Positions 22,250 through 33,704 of a DNA stretch of 35,988 bases are shown in pieces. Below the pieces are notes generated by a model that saw only the letters and a list, made by a program, of their open reading frames with translations, was not told the DNA's origin and searched no databases. The DNA comes from Octopus sinensis (lineage: Eukaryota), in assembly GCF_006345805.1 (NCBI RefSeq), contig NW_021824688.1:1-35988 (forward strand), written 5' to 3'. How positions within the stretch are numbered: position 1 is the stretch's first letter; each line of letters starts with the position of its first letter. The translations under genes were made by a program, and so were the position numbers.

Positions 22250-24150
22250 GGTCTTTTCTGTTATTTACTTTGCTGACTCAGTCCTTACTTTCTTCTAACC
22301 TCGCTTGGAATCGACCTTGTTACATATATTTCAACACTCTCTCCCACTCCTCTTTTTTTTACCCCCTTTTCCTGCATTCACCATAGACACAAGTCATACA
22401 CCTCCCAAACGACGCTCACAGACTTTTCCTCTTATTCTTACTCGCCACATCACTCTTTCACTTCATTCCGTATTTTGTTAACTGTTCGATAACAGTATCC
22501 GTCTTCTCAACTACGAAGAGAAGAGATGTGCTCAGACCGTTGGATTTTTTTTTATTTCTCACAACAAATCAACTGATCCAACTCCTTATTGATTAATTTT
22601 TGCCGTCATAGATCACCTCGACATTTTAAAAGAATGATTGCTTGGTCATTTCGGTCAACACAGTTCTTCCTTTCATTCATCCATTCTCGTACTGAGTGTA
22701 CTGAGCCTTACTGCAGGTGTGTAGGATGTAAATTCGTCAAAACTTTGAACAAAAAATCCTGAACTGAGTTCAAATCAGCTGCTTCTCAGTTTCTCATCTT
22801 GCCAAGTCCGACTTGAATATTTTCCAATGTAACAGTAAAATCTTCCTGTATCTCCTTGTCTGTAAATTCTTTCACTTTATGGAGGCAGGGTGCCCTGTTA
22901 TTGTGTTTGACATTCTCTGACCGAATCTTGCTCCAAAACAAAGTTGATTCTTCGGAATCAGTTAATTCCGCTACTTCCTTGGCTCCTCAGAGAACATCTG
23001 ATTTGTTCTAAAGAGCTGATTTTGATTTTACTGCAGATATCTTTCCTCGTATTTTTCACTCCACTCACTTTGATTCTTTTGTTTTAACATACCCAATATA
23101 AATAGAGTACCCTTATCCACTAGGTGTTATTTCTTAAACATGAAATTCTGATCTCTTTCATTGAGCCTTATATTTCCTCTCATTACTTCCTCGATCTCAC
23201 GCAAATCCTTCTACCAGTCACCGGTGCTTACTTTTATTTTCCTTTTCCAGAGTGGTTCTTTGTCTCGCCGTACTTTCTTTTCTCGAAACATTCTCATCTT
23301 TCCTGTCGTGATATAGGCAGTGCCATACAGCAAGGAATTTAACACAATGATATCCATAATAGGGATTCTGATGACAACTTGACTGAGTTCTGTTTTTAGC
23401 TTTGCTCCATCGCATCATTTCAGTGAGGATAACTATTTTTTTTTTACCTCAAGGAACATCACTTTCAGAATTCCGTCGCGGACAGTAGCTAGTTCTGGGT
23501 TAATTTCTTCCGGTGACACTTTAGTTAGAGATACACTAATGTCTTCTGTATATTGTGGATTCTCTCCTTTCATGTCGCAGCTTTGTAGATTTTCCTCTTC
23601 TATGAGTATTTCATCAGCCCCAGTACGCAACTGCCGTTCCTTTCTCACTTCCATTATTATCTTCTCCCGTTCCATCTTTTCTAACCACCTTTTGGTCTTA
23701 ATTTGTCTAATCTGATCAGCCAATCTTTGTTCACTCACATCCTTCAGCTCTTCACATGGATGAAATTTTTTCAAAATTTTAATAACCTTTTCCTTCAGCT
23801 TCTTTTCTCTGGCTCATACTTAATGCAACAGTCAAACAATTTATCCATTTTAATCTCCTTTGCAGTTGAGGTTCAGCTGTAGTTTGATTATGGCCGGATC
23901 TGCGCTGCTATGCCATTGGATACCTGCTGGACGCGACAGCTTCGTTAAAAGCTGCAGTCTCGTTAACTCCGTTAGGATTACTTTTCAATATTGACATTTC
24001 TCTCATAATTGAGGTATGCGTTTTTAAGGTTACCACTAGCCAGTAATTATATTGAGCTACCATCACTAGACAAGTTGTCAACCAAGACATCCGAGAGGCC
24101 TGTCTGCTTTCATTCAAGTTGGTTATCCTGAGCTGGTGGCTACTTCCAGT
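22250..24150 (-). mobile_element. Decayed R4/Dong-like element: 5' half plus thumb region, RT core deleted
   Basis: ORF 23433..23774 (EQRLADQIRQIKTKRWLEKME), then TLENIQVGLGKMRN*EAA.L.SVQ.F (RT domain 0), EWM, then a jump to RRLGGV*LVS and QGRFQARLEE. Confidence 0.7.
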
Positions 24151-24169
24151 ATTAATCTTCGTATTACTT

Positions 24170-24478
24170 AAAGACTCATTCAGATAGTTGTTGATATCGA
24201 TAGATATGACAGATTAGCTTGAGAGATTCAGCAGTTGTGGTTGATGAAAAAGGTGGTAGTAGTACCAATAACTGTTGGAGCCCTGGGAACAGTGAGTAAA
24301 AAATGGAACAAATAGCGGCTGCAATAAGGGTGGAGCACTTGCAGAAAACTGCACTGCTTGGAACCACTCGAATACTCCGGGTGGTGCTCGAAGAATAAAG
24401 GGTGTTACCTTAGTTCACCGATAGTGAACAGCTGGCACCGTAGTACATCTCCAGCGTTAGAAGCTATGAAAAGAAAGT
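24170..24478 (+). mobile_element. 3' end of a third R4/Dong-like family with an AAT tail
   Basis: RYDRLA*EIQQLWLMKKVVVVPITVGALG...LQKTALLGTTRILRVVLEE*, a short 3' UTR unlike that of 25863-29652, then (AAT)n. Confidence 0.85.
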
Positions 24479-24534
24479 AATAATAAAATTGATAATAATA
24501 ATAATAATAACAAAAATCATAATAATAATAATAA

Positions 24535-24931
24535 TCCTTTCCTATTTAGGCACAAGACCTGAAATTTAGGGGACGGGTCTAGTCGATTAGATCGATCCCA
24601 GTGTTTTACTGGTACGTAATTTATTGACCCCGAAAGGATTAAAGGAAAAATTGAACTCGGCGGAATTTGAACTCAGAACGTAGCGGCTGATCAAATACCT
24701 ATTTCTTTACTACCCACAAGGGGCTAAACACATACGGGACAACCAAGGACAGACATAGGTATTAAGTCGATTACATCAACCCCAGTACGTAACTGGTACT
24801 TAATTTATCCGCTCCGAAAGGATGAAAGGCAAAGTCGACCTCGGTTGAATTTGAACTCGGAACGTAACGGCAGACGAAATATGGCAACGCATTTCGCCCG
24901 GCGTGCTAACGTTTCTGCCCACTCGCTGCTT
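24535..24931 (-). mobile_element. tRNA-derived SINE, family B, full-length dimeric form
   Basis: Reverse complement starts GCAGCGAGTGGGCAGAAACGTTAGCACGCCGGGCGAAATG, has GAGTTCAAATTC (B box-like) twice and ends AGGAAAGG(ATT)n. Confidence 0.9.
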
Positions 24932-24959
24932 TAATAATAATAATAATAATAATAATAAT

Positions 24960-24990
<31 letters not shown>

Positions 24991-25006
24991 AAGAAGAAGA
25001 AGAAGA

Positions 25007-25211
25007 ATCCTTTCTACTAGATGTAGAAGGCGTGAAATTTACGGGGAGTGGGTAAGTCGATCACATCAATCCCATTCCTCGACTGGTACTTAATTTATCG
25101 ACCCCCAAAAGGATGAGAGACAAAGTCAGTCACGGCAGAATTTGAACTTAGAACGTATAGATGGGCGAAATACCGCTAAGTATACTAACGATTCTGCCAG
25201 CTCCCCGCTTT
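25007..25211 (-). mobile_element. tRNA-derived SINE, family B, short monomeric form
   Basis: Reverse complement GCGGGGAGCTGGCAGAATCGTTAG...AAGTTCAAATTCTGCCG...AAGTACCAG...TAGAAAGG(ATT/CTT)n. Confidence 0.85.
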
Positions 25212-25244
25212 AATAATAATAATAATGATAATAATAATAATAAT

Positions 25245-25780
25245 GGCAGTGGCTCTCATGGCTTCTGATCTTAACTGATTGGAAGTGTTATCATGTACAT
25301 TGTTTTGTCTTGGTATAAAAGATGGGCTACAGCAAATATTCTGCTCAATACCACAGATTTGCTTGTCAGTTGTTTGACTTTAACCAGTTGATCATGTCCC
25401 TTAGTGGCTGACAATATGTGCATCTCTGATCACGAGCAGAAGTAGTGGGGGAGCATCATAGCCATGTGTTGAGAGGGATTCTTTGGGGTTTGAATAATTC
25501 ACCTCTGGAAACATGGGTGGTTCTTTCAACATCCTTAAACAACCCTTATTCAGGGACCTTTTGAGCGGGATGGGCTACTCAACCTGAAGAAATTCTAACT
25601 GGGCCCCACCTGCAAGGTCATGTGCTGTTTATCTTGATATGAGCTCATCATGTCGCGCACATATGGTTGTGATGCATGTGCCTGGTGTACCTTTATCAGA
25701 CGGGTAGTCATGATGGGTATATTGGGCTTCGTATATTTTACCCCAGTGTCACTTTGATGGCATGCACTGCTCTCTCACTC
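25245..25780 (+). mobile_element. Unclassified ~540-bp non-coding repeat flanked by (AAT)n on both sides
   Basis: Homologous end to end with 31133-31668. Ends CTCTCTCACTC|AATAAT. No recognisable ORF. Confidence 0.88.
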
Positions 25781-25862
<82 letters not shown>

Positions 25863-25865
<3 letters not shown>

Positions 25866-28800
25866 CCGGGGGACGTTTAAGAGAGAACACCGGGGGACGT
25901 TTAAGATGTAAGAAGGAAAATACAGAGCTCCGAAATCTATCCACAAACATCGAAAACAAGGACATCCTATGGAGCCAAAGATTTACTAACAAAGAATTGG
26001 ACTGTATCCGAGTAAGTAATACTAATTGAAATTTATTACTATTTTCGAAACGAAATGATGTATTTTGACTCGATATCATCTCCACTTCTAACACAACACA
26101 TGTAAACATGCGCGGAACATCACGATCATCCCCGACCCCAAACACCATGTACAAAGGAACTACGAAGAAATTAAATGCCACCGATACTATTCAACCCAAT
26201 AATAACAATCGAGCGGTACGTACATTAAACTTACAACAAAAAATGTACGAAAAACTACACGTACGAAATAATGTGACAACAGAAATAAACGGACCGGTAC
26301 CCTACGAAAATGACGACCGTCAAAATAATGGGTCGGACGTTGTACCTCATGTCCCGCAAATAAAACCCAAAAGACGTAAATGGACACGTGAGGAATACAT
26401 GTCTATCTTACACGCATACTTCACAGCAGTGCTCTACCCAAAAAATGAAAATACAACAGCACATACATATAAAATATGGAGCCACACAACAATGCCCAAT
26501 AATATAAACAATGAAACTGTAAAACACGAAGACAAACGCAACATTCCCAACAAACACGATGTAAACAACGAAGGGGAGCCTAATGATTATGATAATATAA
26601 AAAATAAAATAATCAAAGAACTGAAAACCACAGAGCTCAAAATGGACCACCGACCATACCTCCCAAGAATCAAAATAAACGAAATAACAACACCAATTAT
26701 AAACAGCATAAACCTAACCGTCACGGAACTAATAGCCACTGAAACAAAAAAAAGTGATATCACTGAGCTAAATGACTTAATATACGCAGCAGCCACTGCA
26801 GCCACAAAAGAAGCTGGATACTCACTCAAACCCGCCTAAACAGGAGTACCACCACCCAAACAAACCCTGTGGATAAATAACATCCAAAACAAAATAAAAA
26901 AAAATTAGAAAAGACCTGTCGATTCTTAATGAAATCAGCAAACAATCAACGCTACTGAGCAACAAAAAGAAAACAAAAATACTCCGCAAATATAACATCA
27001 CAGAGAAAGATTTGCCTGAGATAAAAGAAAAGCTGAAGCAAGATATCCTTGCCAAAGCACAAAGGATCCGCCGGTATGAGAAACGCCAACGCTTCTTTGA
27101 ACAAAACAAAAAGTTCAACTCCAACCCCAAAAAGTTCTACCAGGAACTGGGCAAAAATAAAATAGAGGTCACTGCAGCACCAACGGCAGAAGAATTGGAA
27201 GAATTCTGGAGAGAAATATGGTCGGCGAACGAACAACCAAAAAAAAGGAGTATCAAAATAACAAACTCGGCATCTGAACAACTTTGGACCCCCATAACAA
27301 CTGGAAGGCACCTGGGCATGACAAGATCCCCAACTTCTGGTTGAAATATCTAACAGGAATGCACAAAAAGCTGGCTGAAAACTTTAACAACATACTAGCA
27401 GAGCCAGAGACAATGCCTGAATGGCTCACGAAGGGGAAAACCATCCTCATTCCCAAATCAAATGAAACAGCAAAACCAGAAAACTACAGACCAATAACCT
27501 GCCTCCCTACTATGTTCAAGGCATTTACTGCAGTGATATCGCAAAGGCTGAACAAGCACCTGGACGAAAACAAACTGTCCCCAGAAGAGCAGAAAGGATG
27601 CCGCAAGGGCTCATATGGCTGTAAAGATCAACTAATGATTAATAAAGCCATAACTTAAGACAGCCACAGAATGAAGAAAGACCTCAGTATGGCCTGGATT
27701 GACTACAAAAAGGCCTTTGATAGCATCCCCCACACATGGATCCTCGAAACACTAGCCATTAACAAAGTAGCACCAACAATCATAAAATTCATAGAGCACT
27801 CTATGAATAAATGGCAAACAGTCCTACACCTCCAAACAAAAGAGGGACTCATGAAAACCAAAGACATCCCCATTAGAAGAGGAATATTCCAGGGAGACAC
27901 GCTCTCTCCACTCCTTTTCTGCTTGGCACTGTCACCTCTATCTGATATACTAAATAGAACTGGATGCGGATATAAATGTTACGGCAAAACGATCAGCCAC
28001 CTTTTATATATGGATGACCTAAAACTATACGCTGCAAATGACAAACAGCTGGAAACACTATTAAAGACAGTTCATGGATTTACCAAAGAAATAGATATGA
28101 AATTTGGATTAGAAAAATGCGCCAAAGTAACCATGAAAAGAGGAAAACTAGTTAAGAGTAACAACATCACACTAGATAAAACCAATGAAATAAAAGAATT
28201 AGACCAAAGCCAAACTTACAAATACTTAGGAATCCATGAACTAGATAAGACACACACAAATGAAAGAGAAAATTAAAAAAGAATATTACAGACGAGTTAG
28301 ATCAATACTAAAAACAGAGCTCAATGCTAAAAACAAGATAATAGGTATCAACACTTTAGCTGTCCCAGTTATAAGTTACAGCTACAATATCCTTAACTGG
28401 ACACGAAATGAACTGACCAAAATAGATAGGAAAACAAGAAAAATAATGACAGGATCTAGGATGCATCACCCAAAATCTGACATAGAAAGACTATATATAT
28501 ACAACGTATAGAAGGTGGTAGAGGCCTTATACAGCTGGAAAACTACTATAAAATAACCACCATAGGACTGCAAAAATATCTACATCAGAAGGAAGGAAAA
28601 CTGATCCAGATAGCGGCAAAACACGAGCAAAACAAAAAACTGTTCTCAGTATTTAAGGAAGCTGACAAATACAAACAAGAAATCATACCACCTAATAAAC
28701 ATGAAGAAGAAGAAGAAGATGAAGAAACAACAAAAGCTATAAAACAAATGAAATCCAAACTAAAAATAGAACCATGATAAAACGATGGCAAGAAAAGCCC

Positions 28801-29649
28801 CTTCATGGTAAATACTGGACTAAACTAAACGCAAAAGAAATAGACAAAGAAAAATCCCAGCAATGGTTGAGAAGCTCAGGACTCAAAGCAGAAACAGAGG
28901 GATTTTTAATTGCAGTACAAAACCAAAGCCTCCCCACCAGAAATTACCAAAAACATGTAATGAAAAGAAATATTACAAGTAACTGCAGAATATGTGGAGA
29001 TGGACAAGAAACAATAAATCATATTATCTCTAGCTGCCCAGTCCTGATTAAGAAGGTATATATTCACAGACATGACAGAGTTGGAACCTACATACATTGG
29101 AAGCTATGCCAACATTATGGAATAACAACAGAAAAAAGATGGTATAGGCACACACCAGAAAAGATCACAGAAAACGAGAAAGCAACCATACTCTGGGATA
29201 TGCCGATACACACAGATAGAGAAATTAAGGCCAACAGACCAGATATAGTTGTCAGAGATCATGAAGAAAAAAAATGCTTTCTAATTGATGTATCAATACC
29301 GGCAGATGACAACGTGTCTCTAAAAGAAATGGAGAAACTCTCAAAATACAAAGACCTGGAAATAGAGGTAACTAGAATGTGGAATCTGAAAACAGAAACA
29401 ATTCCTATCATAGTAGGTGCATTAGGCATGATAAAAAAATATTCAGACAAATATATAACAAAAACACCAGGACTTACAAACACATATAACATACAGAAAA
29501 TTGCACTACTAGGCACTGCACACATCCTACGCAGAACACTTTCCATACAATAACCATCAGAGCATCACAACAAATCACAGCACATACCCTAGGTACACAG
29601 AGCTGCGCTCAAGAGTGTGAAGTGAAAGCACGCTATAAAAATAAAACTA

Positions 29650-29652
<3 letters not shown>
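25863..29652 (+). mobile_element. Young, near full-length R4/Dong-clade non-LTR retrotransposon inserted in (AAT)n
   Basis: (AAT)n on both sides (25781-25862 and 29653 onward). A single long ORF broken into pieces, and a ~100-bp 3' UTR ending AAAACTACTG. Confidence 0.95.
26108..29553 (+). pseudogene. RT-CCHC-RLE polyprotein with about 5 frameshifts and 1 premature stop (TAA 27656-58)
   Basis: RRKWTREEY; KAPGHDKIPNFWLK; NYRPITCLPTMFK; EQKGCRKG; WIDYKKAFDSIPH; RGIFQGDTLSPLLF; HLLYMDDLKLY; FGLEKC; YKYLG; CRICGDGQETINHIISSC; RHDRVG; RPDIVVRD..LIDVSIP..EKLSKY. Confidence 0.93.
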
Positions 29653-29703
<51 letters not shown>

Positions 29704-29889
29704 TAATAATAATAATAATAATAATAATTTAGTTGTACTTGGAACAGTGCGCATAATGCGTAAAGTACTTCTCTGTCTAAATTTCTTTTGTGACTTGACA
29801 AACAGTACACACCCCTAGTTGACTGACACAATAACCTTCAATCAAAAGCCTCAAGATATTGTATGCTGTGCGACGTCTACAACAACAAC

Positions 29890-29943
<54 letters not shown>

Positions 29944-29990
29944 TTAAAAAGGATTGACGTAACTCTTCACAAAAGTAAACAGACAAGACG

Positions 29991-30071
<81 letters not shown>

Positions 30072-30102
30072 TTTAGTTGTATTGTAAAAGATATTTTATT
30101 AG

Positions 30103-30145
30103 TTGGACGATATTTCGACAATAAGCCCGTCTTTGTCAAGTTCAA
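30103..30145 (-). ncRNA. Minimal hammerhead motif, U3-A8 core variant (left palindrome arm)
   Basis: Minus: TTGAAC-TTGACAA-A-GAC-gggcttatt-GTC-GAA-ATAT-C-GTCCAA. Palindromic stem III ATAT, AUC triplet, one stem I mismatch. Confidence 0.6.
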
Positions 30146-30227
30146 AATAAGAAGTGATAAAAATTCAAAATTACAGAAATTTAAACGTTTAAATTTCTAT
30201 AATTTTGAATTTTTATCACTTCTTATT

Positions 30228-30270
30228 TTGTACTTGACAAAGACAGACTTCTTGTTGAAATATCGTTCAA
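30228..30270 (+). ncRNA. Minimal hammerhead motif, U3-A8 core variant (right palindrome arm)
   Basis: TTGTAC-TTGACAA(30234-40)-A-GAC-agacttctt-GTT-GAA-ATAT-C(30264)-GTTCAA. One stem I mismatch, G-U at the base of stem II. Confidence 0.55.
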
Positions 30271-30274
30271 CTAT

Positions 30275-30675
30275 AGGCGCAGGAGTGGCTGTGTGGTAAG
30301 TAGCTTGCTAACCAACCACATGGTTCCGGGTTCAGTCCCACTGCGTGGCATCTTGGGCAAGTGTCTTCTACTATAGCCCCGGGCCGACCAATGCCTTGTG
30401 AGTGGATTTGGTAGACGGAAACTGAAAGAAGCCTGTCGTATATATGTATATATATATGTATGTGTATGTGTGTGTGTTTGTGTTTGTCCCCCTAGTATTG
30501 CTTCACAACCGATACTGGTGTGTTTACGTCCCCGTCACTTCGGCAAAAGATACCGATAAAATAAGTACTGGGCTTACAAAGAATAAGTCCCGGGGTCGAT
30601 TTGCTCGACTAAAGGCGGTGCTCCAGCATGGCCGCAGTCAAATGACTGAAACAAGTAAAAGAGAGTAAAGAGAGT
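30275..30675 (+). mobile_element. tRNA-derived SINE, family A, full length
   Basis: Homology to 3401-3816. Inserted in the palindrome's right arm. Confidence 0.93.
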
Positions 30676-30715
30676 AATAAAATATCTTACAATCGAACCG
30701 CTCTTCGTCTTGACA

Positions 30716-30739
30716 AATGATGATGATGATGATGTGATG

Positions 30740-30771
<32 letters not shown>

Positions 30772-30909
30772 GATGATGATGTGATGATGATGATGGTGAT
30801 GATGATGATGATGATGGTGATGGTGATGATGATGATGGTGATGATGTTGATGATGATGGCAATGATGATGGTGGTGATGATGATGATGATGGTGATGGTG
30901 ATGATGATG

Positions 30910-30965
<56 letters not shown>

Positions 30966-30995
30966 GATGATGATGTGATGATGATGGTGATGATG

Positions 30996-31027
<32 letters not shown>

Positions 31028-31049
31028 GATGGTGATGATGATAATGATG

Positions 31050-31081
<32 letters not shown>

Positions 31082-31083
31082 GG

Positions 31084-31114
<31 letters not shown>

Positions 31115-31132
31115 GATGATGGTGATGATAAT
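30716..31132. repeat. Long imperfect (GAT)n/(GGT) trinucleotide tract
   Basis: Direct inspection. Confidence 0.96.
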
Positions 31133-31668
31133 GCCCTGATGCAGTATCAGGCAGTCACTCACATGGCTTCTGATCTTAACTGATTGTAAGTGTTATCATG
31201 TACATTGTTTTGTCTTGGTATAAAAGTTGGGCTAACAGCAAATTTTCTACTCAGTACGACAGATTTGCCTGTCAGTTGTTTGACCTTAACCAGTAGAGCA
31301 TGTCCTTTTTATGGCTGATATGTGTTTCTCTGATCATGAGCAGAAGTAGTGAGGGAGCATTATAGCCATGTGTTGAGAGGAATTCTTTGGAGACTGGAAA
31401 CATTTGTTTCATTCAATATCCTTAAACAACTCTTATTCAGGGACCATGTGAGTGGGATGGGCTACTCGACTCGAAGAAAATTCTAACTGGGCCCCACCTG
31501 CAAGTTCATGCGCAGCTTATTTTGATATGAGACCACCATGTCGCGCACATAAGGCTGTGATGCATGTGCCTGGTGTATCCTTATCAGACGGGTAGTCATG
31601 ATGAGTATACTGAGCTTCGTATATTTTTCTCAAGTGCCACTTTGAGGGCACGGACTGCCCTCTCCCCC
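31133..31668 (+). mobile_element. Unclassified ~540-bp repeat, third copy, with (AAT)n tail
   Basis: Starts GCCCTGATGCAGTATCAGGCAG and ends CTCTCCCCC|AATAAT. Homologous to 25245-25780. Confidence 0.88.
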
Positions 31669-31729
<61 letters not shown>

Positions 31730-31788
31730 TACCCTTACGCCAAAATTTGAAAACTATTATTTTTATCATTGTTATTGCTGTTGTTTTT

Positions 31789-31829
<41 letters not shown>

Positions 31830-31830
31830 T

Positions 31831-31897
<67 letters not shown>
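31789..31897. repeat. (GTA)n followed by (GCA)n microsatellite
   Basis: Direct inspection. Confidence 0.96.
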
Positions 31898-31899
<2 letters not shown>

Positions 31900-33704
31900 T
31901 TGACTCTTTTCTGGTTCAAAACTCGACTTTATTTCAAAAATCATTAACTCAAAATTCCTTCTTCGGTTTTTAGTTATCTGAATTTTAACTACCTGAAAAC
32001 TCTTTGCCCCCGATACCCGGATAGACTATATAAGGTTTGTTTTTACAGACTATCTTTCATTCGCCTTCGCATTTTGACATTTCACTACAAAATGTTTACC
32101 AGATACACCCAGAAAACAAACAAAACTAACATAACAGTGATGAAAGAATATCGAAGACAGTACAAAGTGAAATTGCGCAACATGTTTATTTAGGACAAAA
32201 AGAAAATAATGAATGTTAGAGGTGACAATTACGTTAGTGAATGCTCATAGCAGTAATTGTTGTAACCTCAAATAATCTAGTTTTGCCGCTATCATTTCAC
32301 ACTAAATGTTTTTAAACCGTGGGTCTAAAATTCCCAGGATAAAAATTGAGGGCATTTTGTTCAGATACTGTCTTGATTCTCCGGGATTTAATGTAAGATA
32401 TAAATGATACATATGTGCCTTTAGAAAGAAGTTACGGCTTACCGTTGTCGACGGCCCAGTTGTTAGAAAAGAAATTGCAACAGATATTTCAATAGTCACT
32501 GCAAAAGTTCAATTAAGACACAAGCCAAACACTCGCTTCCCATTATATGAGGCATAGTAATACAAAGACAGGATAAGGGACATTGGAAACGATGTTGGTC
32601 TGTGGATGGTCATCACTTGTTTTACAATATAGGCAGGTGGTTACAGTAATGGTCGATAAGAGGCGATACATCGGCGTGTTTCAAAGTAGATTTTGCAAGT
32701 CCTTATGATCCTCGAATATGAGTCAACTTTAGGAGGCTAAGACAAAGAGTATGTGACTGTTGATGGAGAGCAGAACGAGTGGCACCTACAAGTGGAGAGC
32801 CTTTGCCTTGGAGAACTGGATACAGTAGGAAAGAAGATGAGAAAGGAAAGTGGTGAAGACGAGCTGAATCAGACACAAGAGTAGCAAGCCAAAGTTACCG
32901 GAATACGAAGAGTCACAGTTTCGAAAATGGCTGAGGAGGTCACCGCGTCAACTCACGCCAGGTCCTGGAAACAGGCAAACAGACACCCCAATATTCTTTC
33001 ACGAGTAAGGAATAAAGATTGTCACAGGAAGTATTCAAATTGTAGAAGGAAATGTAAATGCATAAAAGAGAAAGAATTCATAAAAAAAAAAGAAATGTGA
33101 ACTGCTTTAGAAAACAAAAAACGGGTGAAGAAAAGCTTTTCGAAGCACAATTATACCCTTTTGTCTGTGTAATGATGACGATAATGAAGAGGAAGATGCT
33201 GAATTCATCGTCTTTCGATGATCAAACCAACATTCCATGGACAAAATAACCATTTGACGTACAAGGAGTATTTCGGAGTTGTAAAAATGAGTGAGGCAAA
33301 TGGTGTGGTTGAAGAGAAATGTGAAAGACTAGTTTTTAGTAAAAGCAGTACAAATATATTACAATGAAATTAAACAAGCATATCTTGAAGATGAAGATTA
33401 TTACCTACCCAACCAACTCAAAAATGTTGCTAATAGGCACCTTTGGGATGCAAGACATCAACGTACGAAAAATTGTGAGAGGATAAGTATGTGACCTAGC
33501 CAGTGGTTTTTCGACCGAGTGCTGCTGAGAACACAAAATATTTTTTCCTGTTTTATTTTCTATTTAATTATACATAATTAAATATTATTTTCTATTTAAT
33601 TATACATAATTTTGATTATGTTTTATTACACATTTTATATATATGTGTATTTTGCTTTCTATTTGTTTAATAAATTTCGACTTACTCTGATGTTAATTGC
33701 CCGA

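Larger units (their letters stand above)
30081..30273. repeat. Near-perfect palindrome centred at 30186/30187; the right arm continues at 30676-30693 beyond an inserted SINE
   Basis: Centre TTAAAC|GTTTAA with arms of about 87 bp and a few mismatches. AATAAAATATCTTACAAT after the SINE mirrors ATTGTAAAAGATATTTTATT at 30081-30100. Confidence 0.92.

Noticed and set aside
25640-25700. Reverse-strand 10-mer GCATCACAAC shared between the 540-bp element and the Dong 3' UTR
   Set aside because: It is short and on the opposite strand relative to the AAT orientation, so it is compatible with chance.
30638-31947. Poly-His/Ser/Met/Thr/Ala/Asn ORFs (also 12770-14004, 25676-26181, 29589-30145)
   Set aside because: Stop-free frames of trinucleotide tracts.
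32930-32975. CTGAGGA...GGAAAC possible hammerhead
   Set aside because: No stem III partner or NUH triplet, and no stem I.
32560-33480. Purine-rich, coding-looking stretch
   Set aside because: I could not recognise any domain motif in any frame; probably an old TE remnant, left uncalled.
33501-33535. CAGTGGTTTTTCGACC, resembling a hAT (Charlie/Buster-type) terminal repeat
   Set aside because: No matching second terminus, 8-bp TSD or recognisable transposase nearby; too weak to call.
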